In this document: in pieces, positions 38,208-48,949 of the stretch
Numbering within the stretch: position 1 is the first letter of the stretch
How the letters are laid out: every line of letters starts with the position of its first letter
Source: Nitrospirota bacterium
Lineage (GTDB): Bacteria; Nitrospirota; Nitrospiria; Nitrospirales; NS-4
Length of the DNA: 64,000 nucleotides
NCBI GenBank assembly: GCA_963788195.1
Contig: CAWBGA010000008.1
Location: forward strand, 49,864 to 113,863
Direction of reading: 5' to 3'
Program-made: the position numbers and the translations under genes
Notes under the pieces: model-generated
Told to the model about the DNA's origin: nothing
What the model saw: the letters and a program-made list of their open reading frames with translations, nothing else
The model's database searches: none

Positions 38208-38480
38208 ATGCCAGTTGTGCACAAGAATGTATTTAAAGCCGCCCGCCAGTCCGAGAAGCGACGCCTTCGGAACCGTTCTGTGCAATCCGGCGTGAAAAAC
38301 CTTGTCAAGAAGTTCCAAAGCGCCGTGGAATCCCAGAACACCGAAGAGGCAACCGGCACGCTCCGCGAGGCCGTACGCGGACTGGCGAAAGCCGCATCCA
38401 AAGGCATCATCCATAGAAATACGGCGTCGCGGCGGATCTCCCGGCTCACCGCTCAAGCACGGAAGCTGGCGCAGAAGTAA
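38208..38480 (+). CDS. rpsT: 30S ribosomal protein S20
   Basis: RQSEKRR.RN, KAASKGIIHRN.ASRR.SRL; GAGG RBS. Confidence 0.95.
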   Translation: MPVVHKNVFKAARQSEKRRLRNRSVQSGVKNLVKKFQSAVESQNTEEATGTLREAVRGLAKAASKGIIHRNTASRRISRLTAQARKLAQK

Positions 38481-39543
38481 CGCGCCTACGACTCCGGCAC
38501 AGGTTCAGTACAAGTCGCTCCATCACCAGACGTTCACCGACACGCCCCCCGCCACCCTTCAAGTTGGAATCGGCTTCGCGGAACGCCTCAAAACAGCGCG
38601 CCAGTTCGTCTTCGGAAAATACCTTTGCTTGTTCCACCAGGCCACGCACCCGAAACGGAGGAACACCAAGGATTCGGGCTAATCCGACCTCCGGCACTCG
38701 ACGGTTGAGCTGCTCGCGGGTCTTCCAGACCTGCCTCCATTGATAGGCCAACAGCCCAACCAACCGGAGCGGTGGCTCGCCGGCATCAAGGATTTTCCCC
38801 AAGGCTCGTAAAGAAGCTTCCCGATCCTTGCGGGCGAGTCCGTTCAAAACATCCCAAACAGTCCCTCCGGTGTCCGCGCCGCGCACGGCTTCGACGTCGG
38901 CTGCCGTCACGCGCGTGGTCGGATGAAGGTAGTCGACGAGTTTCTCAAGCTCTCTACGCAGAATGGCAAGATTCCCTGCGCTGGCACTGTGAAGAGCCTC
39001 GCACGCGGCGCCCTCGACACGAAGGCCGAGGGTTTTGGCCTGCTCAGAAATCCACTCCGAAAGAAACCTGGGATCCAGGGGGGAACAGTCTACAACCACC
39101 GCCACGGCCTTGAGAGTCTTAAAGAAATTCAGCCGCCCGTCAACTTTTTCACCGCTAAGCACCAGACAGGTCGTCTCAACAGGGGTTTTCAGATACGGCA
39201 ACAGACGCTCTGTTTCGCGGGCCCGCAACCCCCCTACCTCGCGAATGATCACCAACCGCCGAGGAGCGAAAGCCGGCAGAGTATCGCAGCGATTTAGCAC
39301 ATCAAGCGCGTCTGTCTCATCCCCATAGAGAAGATCATAATTGAACCCCCCACCCACATCGTCTTCGACCAGTACCGCGCGACGAATCATCGCCAGCGCT
39401 GCATCGCGCAGAAACGACTCCTCCCCGAGCAGTAAATAGATCGGGGACACTTTGCCTGAATCCAGCAGCCGTGCCAGATCCGACACGGCTAGGCCATCGG
39501 CTCGCCCATCTCGCCGCGTCTTCCCCAGCTCACCTGCTGCCAT
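38446..39543 (-). CDS. holA: DNA polymerase III delta subunit
   Basis: YLLLGEESFL, TLPAFA.RRLV, ELEKL, D..LKG; leuS-lptE-holA order. Confidence 0.92.
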   Translation of the reverse strand: MAAGELGKTRRDGRADGLAVSDLARLLDSGKVSPIYLLLGEESFLRDAALAMIRRAVLVEDDVGGGFNYDLLYGDETDALDVLNRCDTLPAFAPRRLVIIREVGGLRARETERLLPYLKTPVETTCLVLSGEKVDGRLNFFKTLKAVAVVVDCSPLDPRFLSEWISEQAKTLGLRVEGAACEALHSASAGNLAILRRELEKLVDYLHPTTRVTAADVEAVRGADTGGTVWDVLNGLARKDREASLRALGKILDAGEPPLRLVGLLAYQWRQVWKTREQLNRRVPEVGLARILGVPPFRVRGLVEQAKVFSEDELARCFEAFREADSNLKGGGGRVGERLVMERLVLNLCRSRRRVTSAPASVLER

Positions 39544-40213
39544 AGTCCTCCAGCACTCTCGACACGATGTTCTCTGCTATCATTTGTGCGGCCTCTTCAG
39601 TGGCGCGATCCTGTCGAGATCGGTTCGTGGCGAGGTCTGCGGTCACGAAGAACTCAGCGTGGGCGGTATAGGTCTCCGACCATAGGATCTTCTTGGTGCC
39701 GGTCTCCTTCATCACTACGCTGGCGATTAGCACCACCCGAGACTCATTGACCTGTCCCCGTCGAAACGACATGATCTGGAGCCCGTAGCCGTTGATCCGC
39801 CCGGCGAGTACCAACGGCGCGCTATTGACGTCGTTCACGAGAGTCAGGCCATCGGCCTGAAGAAATTGGCGACGGACCATCTCTGTCACACGGCGATCTA
39901 ATACGGGCTCAAACGTCTCGTTATGGAAGACCGGCACGGCCAATGTGACACCGTAGGCTGCCCCAGGTTTCGCGCTAGTTCCGAATTCATACCCACACCC
40001 TACGAGGGTCATCAGCAGCGCAAACAGTGCTGCGTTTTCCATCCACTGCACGACTTTATGCAATTGGGACGTTCTCCCCGTTGTCATGCTGAGCGAAGCG
40101 AAGCATCTCAATTGTCCCGCTCGGAACAACCCCAGTAAAAAAGCTAGATTCTTCTCAGACCTGACCGTCGAATTGAGATCCTTCACTTCGTTCAGGATGA
40201 CAGCTCTCATCAT
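39530..40213 (-). CDS. lptE: LPS-assembly lipoprotein LptE-like; either N-terminally extended by a palindromic element or starting at ATG 40042
   Basis: Lipobox LVGC-GY, VPVF.N.T.EP; located between leuS and holA. Confidence 0.8.
   Translation of the reverse strand: MMRAVILNEVKDLNSTVRSEKNLAFLLGLFRAGQLRCFASLSMTTGRTSQLHKVVQWMENAALFALLMTLVGCGYEFGTSAKPGAAYGVTLAVPVFHNETFEPVLDRRVTEMVRRQFLQADGLTLVNDVNSAPLVLAGRINGYGLQIMSFRRGQVNESRVVLIASVVMKETGTKKILWSETYTAHAEFFVTADLATNRSRQDRATEEAAQMIAENIVSRVLEDYGSR
40082..40202. repeat. 121-bp palindromic element (GTCATxCTGAxCGAAGxGAAG type)
   Basis: 32-nt arms 40082-40113 and 40171-40202, 28 of 32 positions complementary. Confidence 0.88.
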
Positions 40214-42810
40214 TCAACCACGATGTTCACCAGCCGCTTATCGATATAGATCTGCTTCTTAATGGTCTTGCCGCGGATCCACTCCGCCACCTTCTCGTCA
40301 CCGAGGGCGGCATCGAGCACCTGCGTCTTGGTCCAGTCCGCAGGAACGACGAGTTTACTGCGAAGCTTACCATTCACCTGCACCGGAATCGTCAAGATAT
40401 CGGACTTGATCAGGGCCTCGTCATAGTCGGGCCACGGGACACGCGTCAACATCATATCGTGGCCGGTCCGAGCCCACAGTTCTTCAGACATGTGCGGCGC
40501 GAATGGAGACAGCAGAGTCAGCAGCGTGTCGATCGCCTCCTGAAAGCCCTCGCGCTCCGTCACTGCCTTCCCCTCGGCTTCGAACTTATACAGACCGTTC
40601 ACAAACTCCATGAGCGCCGCTACCGCGGTATTGAACTGAAACTCACGGTCAATATCCTCCGTGACCTTCTTGATGGTCCGGTGCGTGAGGCGGCGTAGCT
40701 CCGTGACATGAGTGTTTGAAAGTTCGCCTCGAGGCTTGGTCCCAGCGAAGATTCCCACAAGTCCATTCACGAGTCGCCAGACCCGTCCGAGAAATCGATA
40801 CGCCCCCTCAACACCCGCGTCGCTCCATTCCAAATCCTTTTCGGGGGGAGCGGCGAAGAGAGAGAAAACTCGCGCCGTGTCCGCTCCATAGGTATCCACC
40901 AGATGTTCTGGGTCGACGATATTCTTTTTCGACTTGGACATCTTTTCAACCCGGCCCCGCTCAGCCGGCTGCCCGCAATGTCTGCACTGCCAGCCGCCTT
41001 TCTCTGCTTCCACCACGTCGGCTGGAAACAGCCAGCCATGCGTCTCGCAGCGATAGGTCTCTTTGCTCACCATGCCCTGCGTGAGGAGACTCGTGAAGGG
41101 CTCGTCGGCCTTGGTGAGACCGAGATCGCGAAGCGCCTTGGTGAAAAACCGGGCATACAGCAGATGCAAGACCGCGTGTTCAATGCCGCCGATGTATTGA
41201 TCCACCGGCATCCAGTAATCGGCCTTCGCTGGCTCCACGGGAAGATGATCATAGTGCGGTGAGCAGTAACGAAGAAAGTACCACGAAGAATCTACGAACG
41301 TGTCCATCGTGTCGGTTTCCCGTCGAGCAGGGCCTTGGCACTTTGGACACGTGGTCCGCAGGAAGGACTCGGCGTGCAACAGCGGCGAAGCGCCCTTGCC
41401 GGTGAAGGGGACATCCTTGGGCAATTCCACCGGAAGGTCCGCCAATGGGACCGGCACGACGCCACAGTTCGTGCAGTACACGATCGGAATCGGTGTTCCC
41501 CAGTATCGTTGACGCGAAACTCCCCAGTCCCGGAGGCGATAGTTCACCATGGGGCGACCGAACCCTTGTTCCCTTATAAATTCGACAAGGCGCGCCTTTG
41601 CTTCCGCAACTGAAAGCCCGGAGAACTGACCTGAATTGACCAAGACACCCGCGGCGTCCTGCTCCTCATATGCCGCCCCGAGATGATCTTCGCGCAGAGT
41701 GCGCTCAGGATTCTGAATGACTAGACGGATCGGGATCTTGTATTTTGATGCAAAATCAAAATCGCGCTGATCATGCGCCGGCACCGCCATAATGGCACCG
41801 GTGCCATACTCGTATAGTACAAAGTTCGCGACCCAAATCGGGATGCGTTCCTTTGTAAAGGGATTCACGGCGTAGGCGCCGGTAAACACGCCCTCTTTTT
41901 CATTATCCAGGGCGGTCCGGAGAACCTTGTCCTGGCGGCCCACCCGGGCGACGAACTCCCGGACGCTCGGCGCCTGCTCTCGGCCGGCGATCAGTTGTTC
42001 CACGACCGGCGACTCGGGAGCCAGGCTCATGAAGGTGGCGCCGTAAATGGTGTCCTGCCGGGTCGTGAAAATTCGCAGCGCGGCCAGATCGCCGAGCGGC
42101 TCCGCCAACGGGAAGTCCACCTCGACGCCGACGCTCTTGCCGATCCAGTGTCGCTGCATGGAGAGCACCCGTGCGGGCCAGGCAGTAAGCCGATCGCAAT
42201 CCTTGAGGAGCTCCTCGGCGTAGGCCGTGATCCGGAAGAACCACTGCTCCAGTTCTTTCTGGACGACTTCCGTCTCACAGCGCCAGCAGCGGCCTTCCTC
42301 AACCTGTTCGTTCGCAAGCACCGTCTCGCAGCTCGGGCACCAGTTGACAGCCGATCGCTTTTTATACGCGAGCCCCTTTTCGAAGAATTTTAAGAACAGC
42401 CACTGGTTCCATTTGTAGTAATCCGGCTCGCACGTCGTGACTTCCCGATCCCAGTCATAGGAGAGTCCAAGCCCTTTCAACTGACTGCGCATGTAGGCGA
42501 TGTTCTCCCGTGTCCACACATCCGGGTGAACGCCCTGTTCGATCGCCGCATTTTCAGCCGGAAGGCCGAAGGCGTCCCACCCCATCGGGTGGAGGACGGC
42601 ATAGCCGCGCATCGTCTTGAAACGGGCGACCACATCGCCGATCGCATAGACTCGGACGTGTCCCATGTGAATGCGCCCGGATGGATAGGGAAACATCTCC
42701 AGGCAGTAGTACTTGGAGCGCAAGGGATCTTCGGACACCCGGAAGACCTGCTGGGCCTCCCAGATCTGCTGCCACTTCGCCTCGATCTGATGGTGATCGT
42801 AGCTTTCCAT
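40210..42810 (-). CDS. leuS: Leucine--tRNA ligase
   Basis: [39 protein letters not shown]. Confidence 0.99.
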   Translation of the reverse strand: MESYDHHQIEAKWQQIWEAQQVFRVSEDPLRSKYYCLEMFPYPSGRIHMGHVRVYAIGDVVARFKTMRGYAVLHPMGWDAFGLPAENAAIEQGVHPDVWTRENIAYMRSQLKGLGLSYDWDREVTTCEPDYYKWNQWLFLKFFEKGLAYKKRSAVNWCPSCETVLANEQVEEGRCWRCETEVVQKELEQWFFRITAYAEELLKDCDRLTAWPARVLSMQRHWIGKSVGVEVDFPLAEPLGDLAALRIFTTRQDTIYGATFMSLAPESPVVEQLIAGREQAPSVREFVARVGRQDKVLRTALDNEKEGVFTGAYAVNPFTKERIPIWVANFVLYEYGTGAIMAVPAHDQRDFDFASKYKIPIRLVIQNPERTLREDHLGAAYEEQDAAGVLVNSGQFSGLSVAEAKARLVEFIREQGFGRPMVNYRLRDWGVSRQRYWGTPIPIVYCTNCGVVPVPLADLPVELPKDVPFTGKGASPLLHAESFLRTTCPKCQGPARRETDTMDTFVDSSWYFLRYCSPHYDHLPVEPAKADYWMPVDQYIGGIEHAVLHLLYARFFTKALRDLGLTKADEPFTSLLTQGMVSKETYRCETHGWLFPADVVEAEKGGWQCRHCGQPAERGRVEKMSKSKKNIVDPEHLVDTYGADTARVFSLFAAPPEKDLEWSDAGVEGAYRFLGRVWRLVNGLVGIFAGTKPRGELSNTHVTELRRLTHRTIKKVTEDIDREFQFNTAVAALMEFVNGLYKFEAEGKAVTEREGFQEAIDTLLTLLSPFAPHMSEELWARTGHDMMLTRVPWPDYDEALIKSDILTIPVQVNGKLRSKLVVPADWTKTQVLDAALGDEKVAEWIRGKTIKKQIYIDKRLVNIVVE

Positions 42811-42878
42811 GTGCGCGAAAATCTAACACAGAATAAGGGTAGGTGACCACCACCCGCTCCGCTGTTATGCTCTGGCAT

Positions 42879-43793
42879 ATGCGAGTAGCGGTCATAGGCG
42901 GCACGGGATTTATAGGGCAGGTAGTTATACGGGCCCTGCGTGAGCGGGGTGATGCGGTCATAGCGCTTTCGCGCGACATTTTCCGGGCAAAAGAGATCCT
43001 GGGTGACGGCATTGAGTTGGTGCACTGGGAAGCGGGCGGAGGCACTGGCCCGTGGACAAACGAAATTAGCCTGGCAGACGCGGTTGTGAATCTCTCGGGT
43101 GAATCGATCTTCGCAAAACGTTGGGACTCGGCTTATAAAGCCCGCATCTGGCGCTCTCGCGTGGACGGCACGCGGCAGATCGTCGAGGCGATCGGGCGAC
43201 AGCAACAGCGGCCCAGGATTCTGATCAACGCATCGGCGATCGGCGTGTATGGCCCAAGGGGGGACGAACCTCTGGATGAGAGCAGCGCCCCGGGCAACGA
43301 TTTCCTTGCCCAGATGGTGCAGGCCTGGGAGGCGGAAGCCGCGAAAGCCGAGGCGCTTGGTGTGCGCGTCGTACGCTTGCGCACTGGCGTGGTCCTTGAA
43401 AAAAGCGGCGGCGCGTTGGCGCAAATGCTTCCACCCTTCAAAATGTTTCTCGGAGGATGGATGGGCACTGGCAAACAGTATCTTTCATGGATTCATCGGG
43501 ATGACATCATGGGAATCATTCTTTACAGCCTCACCCATGCCGAAGTTCATGGGCCAGTCAACGCGACCTCGCCGCACGCCGTCACGAACAAGCAATTCAG
43601 TCTTGCGTTGGGACGGGCCTTACATCGACCCGTGCTCCTGCCGGTGCCGGCATTTGCTCTAAAAATAATGCTCGGAGAGACCGCGGAGGCTATTCTTTCC
43701 GGGCAGAATGTCGTCCCCAAGGCGATTACAGCTGCCGGTTATCAGTTCAAGTACCCGGAACTCGACGGGGCGCTGCAGTCGATCCTGCAGTAA
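42879..43793 (+). CDS. TIGR01777-type NAD-dependent epimerase/oxidoreductase
   Basis: GGTGFIG, VVNL.GE.I..RW, SR, SAIG.YG, G.G.Q..SWIH.DD, SGQ.V.P. Confidence 0.9.
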   Translation: MRVAVIGGTGFIGQVVIRALRERGDAVIALSRDIFRAKEILGDGIELVHWEAGGGTGPWTNEISLADAVVNLSGESIFAKRWDSAYKARIWRSRVDGTRQIVEAIGRQQQRPRILINASAIGVYGPRGDEPLDESSAPGNDFLAQMVQAWEAEAAKAEALGVRVVRLRTGVVLEKSGGALAQMLPPFKMFLGGWMGTGKQYLSWIHRDDIMGIILYSLTHAEVHGPVNATSPHAVTNKQFSLALGRALHRPVLLPVPAFALKIMLGETAEAILSGQNVVPKAITAAGYQFKYPELDGALQSILQ

Positions 43794-43940
43794 AGACGAT
43801 CTTTGTTTGGCCGTGACCAAGCTTCACTTATTCAACCGAGCGGAACGTCAAGTATCCAGCTCATCAGAAGAAGATCAAACACAGCGTTCCTGACGGCGGG
43901 AGACTCGAAGAATTGGAAATGCGACATTTGGCCGCGGCGA

Positions 43941-46900
43941 TTAGCTTCGGTAGAACTGATCTCCTTGCACGTTTTCTGCAAAGGCAGGTGTCGAATAAAG
44001 TCCTTCCTCCAAAACTGTGATGGGCGAACGTGGCGGTGCAGTTTTGCGTAGCAGGGCGATATCCTCTGGCGTCAAGCCGTAATTGTCCAGTATTAGTACA
44101 TCAAGTTCACGCTCAAGCCTGAGGGCCTCCATACGGTTCGCAGACAGTGCCATCTTCTCCTTCTCAAAGGTTTGCGTCAGATGCTGCAGCATAGCCGGCG
44201 AGATTCGTTTCAACCCTGCTTTCTTTAGCGCGGCAAGGAATTCATCCACTTGTAATCGCCAGGGTGTTTCCACGGACGGCGGGACTTTAATAATACCTGT
44301 CTCATGCAAGACCCATTGAAGGAACTTTGATCGCATCCCGGCGAAGTCCTGCGCTACTTGAATACATTCTCTGACTCGCGCCTCAATGCTTTCGCGGATG
44401 TCCTGTGGCGGTGATACGACAGGGCATTTTTCCATGAGGAAAGCGACCGGAGTTAGGGTATCGTTGATCATGTGCGGCAGATATATTGAGAGGAACCACC
44501 ACATGAGAGGAGAGTTTAAGAGCGCCAAAATATAGAGGTCACCGCTTGGAATTAAGAAGGCCTTATTATTTATATAGTAGCTATTGTTATCTAGGGCAAA
44601 GCTGCTATAAGTTTGGATCTCTTGGTAGATGAGCTTCGGCTCTTCTAACTTCTCGTAGTAGTCGCAAGCCCGAAGCTCCCACCAGAATTTCCCCCGGTCT
44701 TCCCTCTTGCGGAGAGCCCTCTCCATTGGTTTGAGGTGCGCATGCATTGCCGGAAATTCCTTAGCGAACATCTCCTCAGCCATGGCCTCATCATCAGTCA
44801 TTGTAGCCCAGGGCCAGGCTCGATTCTGACTCGATGGAATGGCAATGAGCCACTCTTTATCCCATTGTGCTACCCATCGCTGAATGTTTCGTCCCCGGAG
44901 CAATTTCTTCATCAGCTCCTCGCACTTCGGTGCTTCAGCAACCAGCTTATCTCGTGTGGCCTGGTCAAGGAAGAATGCCTCGTTCAGCCCAGTAAGTAGG
45001 CCACGGTAGGTGCCGTCACCGACAAATTCTTTCAACAGAACTCCACTGCATCTGATTTTCTCGAACAAGCGCAACACGTCTGGCGGTTCTAGATACCAAC
45101 CCACTGTCTTTAGGTAGTTGGTAGGCACTTCGAAGCTCTTTTTCTCGACAAAGGCGGCTAGCTTGAGATTGTCCAAAGCCTCGCGGGACACCTTGCAGAC
45201 TCGCAATGTTTTTGGTTCTGGGGTGTCGTCCGGATGAGGGCGACGGATGAGGGCGATCAACGGGAAGGTTTCTGCATCGGCGAACAGAGAAGCATGTCCA
45301 AAGTCCACTAAGAGTTCTGGATGGTATTGTGTTGCTAGTTCCTTCCTGAGCAACTCCCCATAGTTGGAACGAAGCCATTTATTCAGAATAATGAAACCTA
45401 GCCGGCCGCCTGACTTGAGTACATTCAGACCACGCATTAACACATAGACATAGATGTCAGCTACGCCCATATAGACGGTGGGGAACGCGCTTTCTAACAC
45501 TTTTTTAAGAGTGGCGAACGTCCCTTGCCTTACCCACGGGGGATTGCCGATAACCGCATCGAAACCTGGCTGATCCAAGTGGTGACCGCCACCGTACCAG
45601 ACCTCCGGAAATTCCAGTTCCCAATGAAAAAATCGGTGCTCAGTTGCGGTCCGCTGAATGTCGTGTATCAGCGCCCCTGTTTCAATGCGCTGTTTCCCTC
45701 GTTTTATCGTTTGTTTATCGCCGTCAGCATGATGGAGAGCCTTCAGGGCACCGATATGTCCGAACAGTTCGGCCTGCCATGTGTCCATTAATTGCAAGAA
45801 AGGCGCAATCTCCTTACGGGCGTGGTCGAACTTCGCCTCACTTTCCTGTACCTCCGCCATAGTCGCGTCGGTGAGTTCGCCCACTTCACGTATCAGTTCC
45901 GTAGCTTGGAGCATACCAGCAAACCGATTACCAAAGAGATCGGCGGCTAGTTCACGCTGCACGCTCTCCACGGTGGTGCCGATGACGGTGTTGCCTAGCT
46001 TCAGGTGATGGTCTAGGAATGAAAGAGGCGCGCCCAACGTAAATGAGTCCAGCCAGAGAGAGAGTTTGGCCAATTCGACGGCCATTGGATTAAGGTCCAC
46101 TCCATAAATGCACCGTTTCATCACCATCCGTTTAATTAAGTTAATCTCGGTCAGTTTTTCACTAATCCTCTCGATTTCTCGCTCGTTAATCCCCTGAGAC
46201 TGTAGATCGGCCAAGATCGCATTGCGCATTCGTTGAATGGAAGGGAGCACGGGATTATTTGGATGCTGTACCAGAAAGATGACAATGCGATCAGTGAGGT
46301 AGTCAACGGCATTAACAAGGAAATGGCCAGAACCCATGGTCGGGTCCAACACTTTAAGGCCGAAGAGCCTATCAAAGATTGAATGGCTCAAGGCATCTAT
46401 CAATTTTTGAACGGTCTTGATAGAGGGGGTGGTCCTAGCCCGCTCACGACTCTTACATACTTTGTTCCATTGGGCGAGTTCGGATTCAACCTCTTTCAGG
46501 CGGATCTCCAGTACAGGACCGACGGCTTTTGCAACAATGAATTCGACAATGAAGTGTGGGGTGAAATAGGAACCGGATTTCTTGCGTTGACTACTTTCCA
46601 CAAGGGTGATTGGTTCCTCCGGCGAATCCTTATGAAGGCAATGCTCGAGTAATCCCTCGTAGACATCGCCTAGGTGACGTACTCCGAGAGAGGAGTAATC
46701 AATGAACTGTTGCTCCGAAGGATCCGCATCCGCATCAAAAGCCAGAGCTCTAATAGCGTCCGCTAAATAGCAGTCGGCCAACTGATTCTCTGCCAAAAAA
46801 TGCGCGCCCTCATTCTCAAGGGATCTGATCACCGCAGGTGGGTCTGCGGCTCTCCTCGGGACATGGAACAGTCCTCCGTTATAGTGCGGTACACTGAGCG

Positions 46901-48010
46901 CCGGGTCTCCCTTATCGACATACGGAAAAGTCTGGCGAGGTGCTCCCAGTATTCGAAGGACTGCGCTGACTGCGTCGCTCCAACGTGGAGATCCTTCCAA
47001 ACACGCTCCTTCAGCGCCTGAAGGCTTTTTTTACGGTAGCCCAGCTGGTCATGAATCGGAAGTAGATCTCTCGATTCAGCATATAGAAGGAACAGCAATC
47101 GGAACAATAAGGTCATGCTGCCGGCGAAGATTTTCTGAAGAGTGTCCTCCGTTTCCGTTCTCATGCCCTGTTCAGCGCGGCGGTAAGAAATGAAACCCTC
47201 TGCGACTCGTGGAAACACTTGTTTGAAGATCAGATCCTTGAGATGTTCACTGATGCTGCGTGCGGCGCGTTCGCTCTCTTCAAGATAAAGATCAACCCAG
47301 CGTTTCCCGGTTGACGGATCTGGTGTGAGTGCCTCCTGTGAGAAAAACCCATAAAACCTTCGAAATTCAATGGGATTCTGAGTTTGGAGCAGTGCTTCAA
47401 GATCAACTTCATAAAAGTTAGTCGATCTTGAAGCTGCACGGTGAGAGAAGAGCCGCCAATATTTGCCGTTAGTCAGTATACCCCACGAAACCTTCCCGTC
47501 CGTGTGGTAGTACACTTCGTCAAGGTACCGAACGAGCTGTGCAGTCGCATCTCGCGCATCAAGAGGGTCGTCCTTAACTGTATCATTCAGCGGACGGCCC
47601 CAATACTTTGCTTCGCCTATAGCTTCAGAAAGGGAATAGTAGGCTTTGGCTTCATTTCGTATGCGAGCGGCAGTTTCGTAGTCTCTGGCGGCAGCAAACA
47701 GCGCATAGTCGGGACGCACCTTCGCCTTGCGGCGTTTATGACGGGGCTGGGGGTCATAAATCCATCCGAGAGCTTTTAGCAGGGGGCGGACAAACTTGTC
47801 CTCGGTTTTCTGCTCGTCGCGGGCATCAAATATAGAGCCCCGTGCGGCATCATAGTAGGCAGCAGTAGCAGCAGAGTAGGCCTCGGTAATTCTGGTTAAG
47901 ACTTCTGGAGTATTCTGCCAGATCGACAACTCCAAAAACTTTGTATCGAGAAAATTAGTGGCGAAGAGACCCTGATTTAGAACTGGAAAAAGATTTGGTT
48001 CAGACCCCAT
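43941..48010 (-). CDS. Type IIG (Eco57I-like) restriction-modification fusion: nuclease, m6A methyltransferase and TRD; single-base frameshift near 46920
   Basis: N-terminal part: PDYALF..GEAK, WGILTNG..WRL. C-terminal part: YNGGLF, LG.VYE.LL, GSYFTP, DPTMGSGHFL, YGVDLN, GNPPW, TaqI-C-like TRD. Confidence 0.88.
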
Positions 48011-48222
48011 ACAATGCGCGTGCTTAAGGGTATATCATGGAGGATTAAGCAAAGCAAAATCGTGAACGACCAGCTTCGATGAACTCAAATGCCTACGAAC
48101 GACAATTTAAATAAATTGTAATGAGGGTTAGGTCTCGCGTTCGTACCCACCTCCCTTACGCAGGCGCGCGCAATTCTTCTAAGATTTTGATAACTGGGGA
48201 TAACTGGGGAATGGAAAGAGTT

Positions 48223-48861
48223 TCAGACAGTCAGAAGAGGCGTATCAGTGGGAGACATTTCTTGATATCTTTTTTTTAATCCTTCCAGTGTTAGAAGGCT
48301 CAAGAGTTGTATTCCGGAACCTTCAATCTTCGCCTTCCCGTCATCTTCACCACGATCAACAATTACCAAAGCAGTTCGAACTTTGAGCCCTGCGAACCCA
48401 GCGTTCTCTATTGCGTCAGTAGTAGATTTGCCAGTTGTTAATACATCATCCACAACAAGAGCGTGGTCACCTGCATGGTAGTCACCTTCTACAACAAGAC
48501 CCAAGCCGTGTTCCTTCGCTTTTTTTCTTACTACAAAGGTGCGGATTTCTCGTCGCGTCTTCTGATAGTAGTAATCGGAGATTATAGAAGCTATTGGTAT
48601 GGCTCCAATCTCCATTCCACCTACTAAGTCTACTTTGTCGAGGATTTGCCTAAAGCGTTCGAAAATGAGCTCTGCTATTAGCAATCGATATTTAGGATGA
48701 GAGAGCAATTGTTTGCAGTTCACATAGTATTCGCTTGGACGCCCAGACGACAAAATGAAGGGTTTAATTTTGTTTATATTGAAGGAGTGTGTGGAAATAA
48801 AAGCATGCTCTAACTCAACATGTTGCATTGGGATAGGTGAAGTACCACTATCTGTAGGCAT
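48223..48861 (-). CDS. pyrE: Orotate phosphoribosyltransferase; start uncertain
   Basis: F.LSSG..S.YY, GGMEIGAIP, VRKKAKEHG, VVDDVLTTG.S (PRPP motif), VDR. Confidence 0.9.
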   Translation of the reverse strand: MPTDSGTSPIPMQHVELEHAFISTHSFNINKIKPFILSSGRPSEYYVNCKQLLSHPKYRLLIAELIFERFRQILDKVDLVGGMEIGAIPIASIISDYYYQKTRREIRTFVVRKKAKEHGLGLVVEGDYHAGDHALVVDDVLTTGKSTTDAIENAGFAGLKVRTALVIVDRGEDDGKAKIEGSGIQLLSLLTLEGLKKRYQEMSPTDTPLLTV

Positions 48862-48949
48862 TGTCAACAGGTTTCCCGAAATTTGTTGGATTCTATAGAA
48901 TTCTAGAGGGCTAAACAAGTCCTTTCAGTCTTACCCAGAGCATACGCTA

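Noticed and set aside
43941..48010. BREX or DISARM defence system
   Set aside because: Only a standalone nuclease-methylase gene is present, with no PglZ, BrxC or helicase partners.
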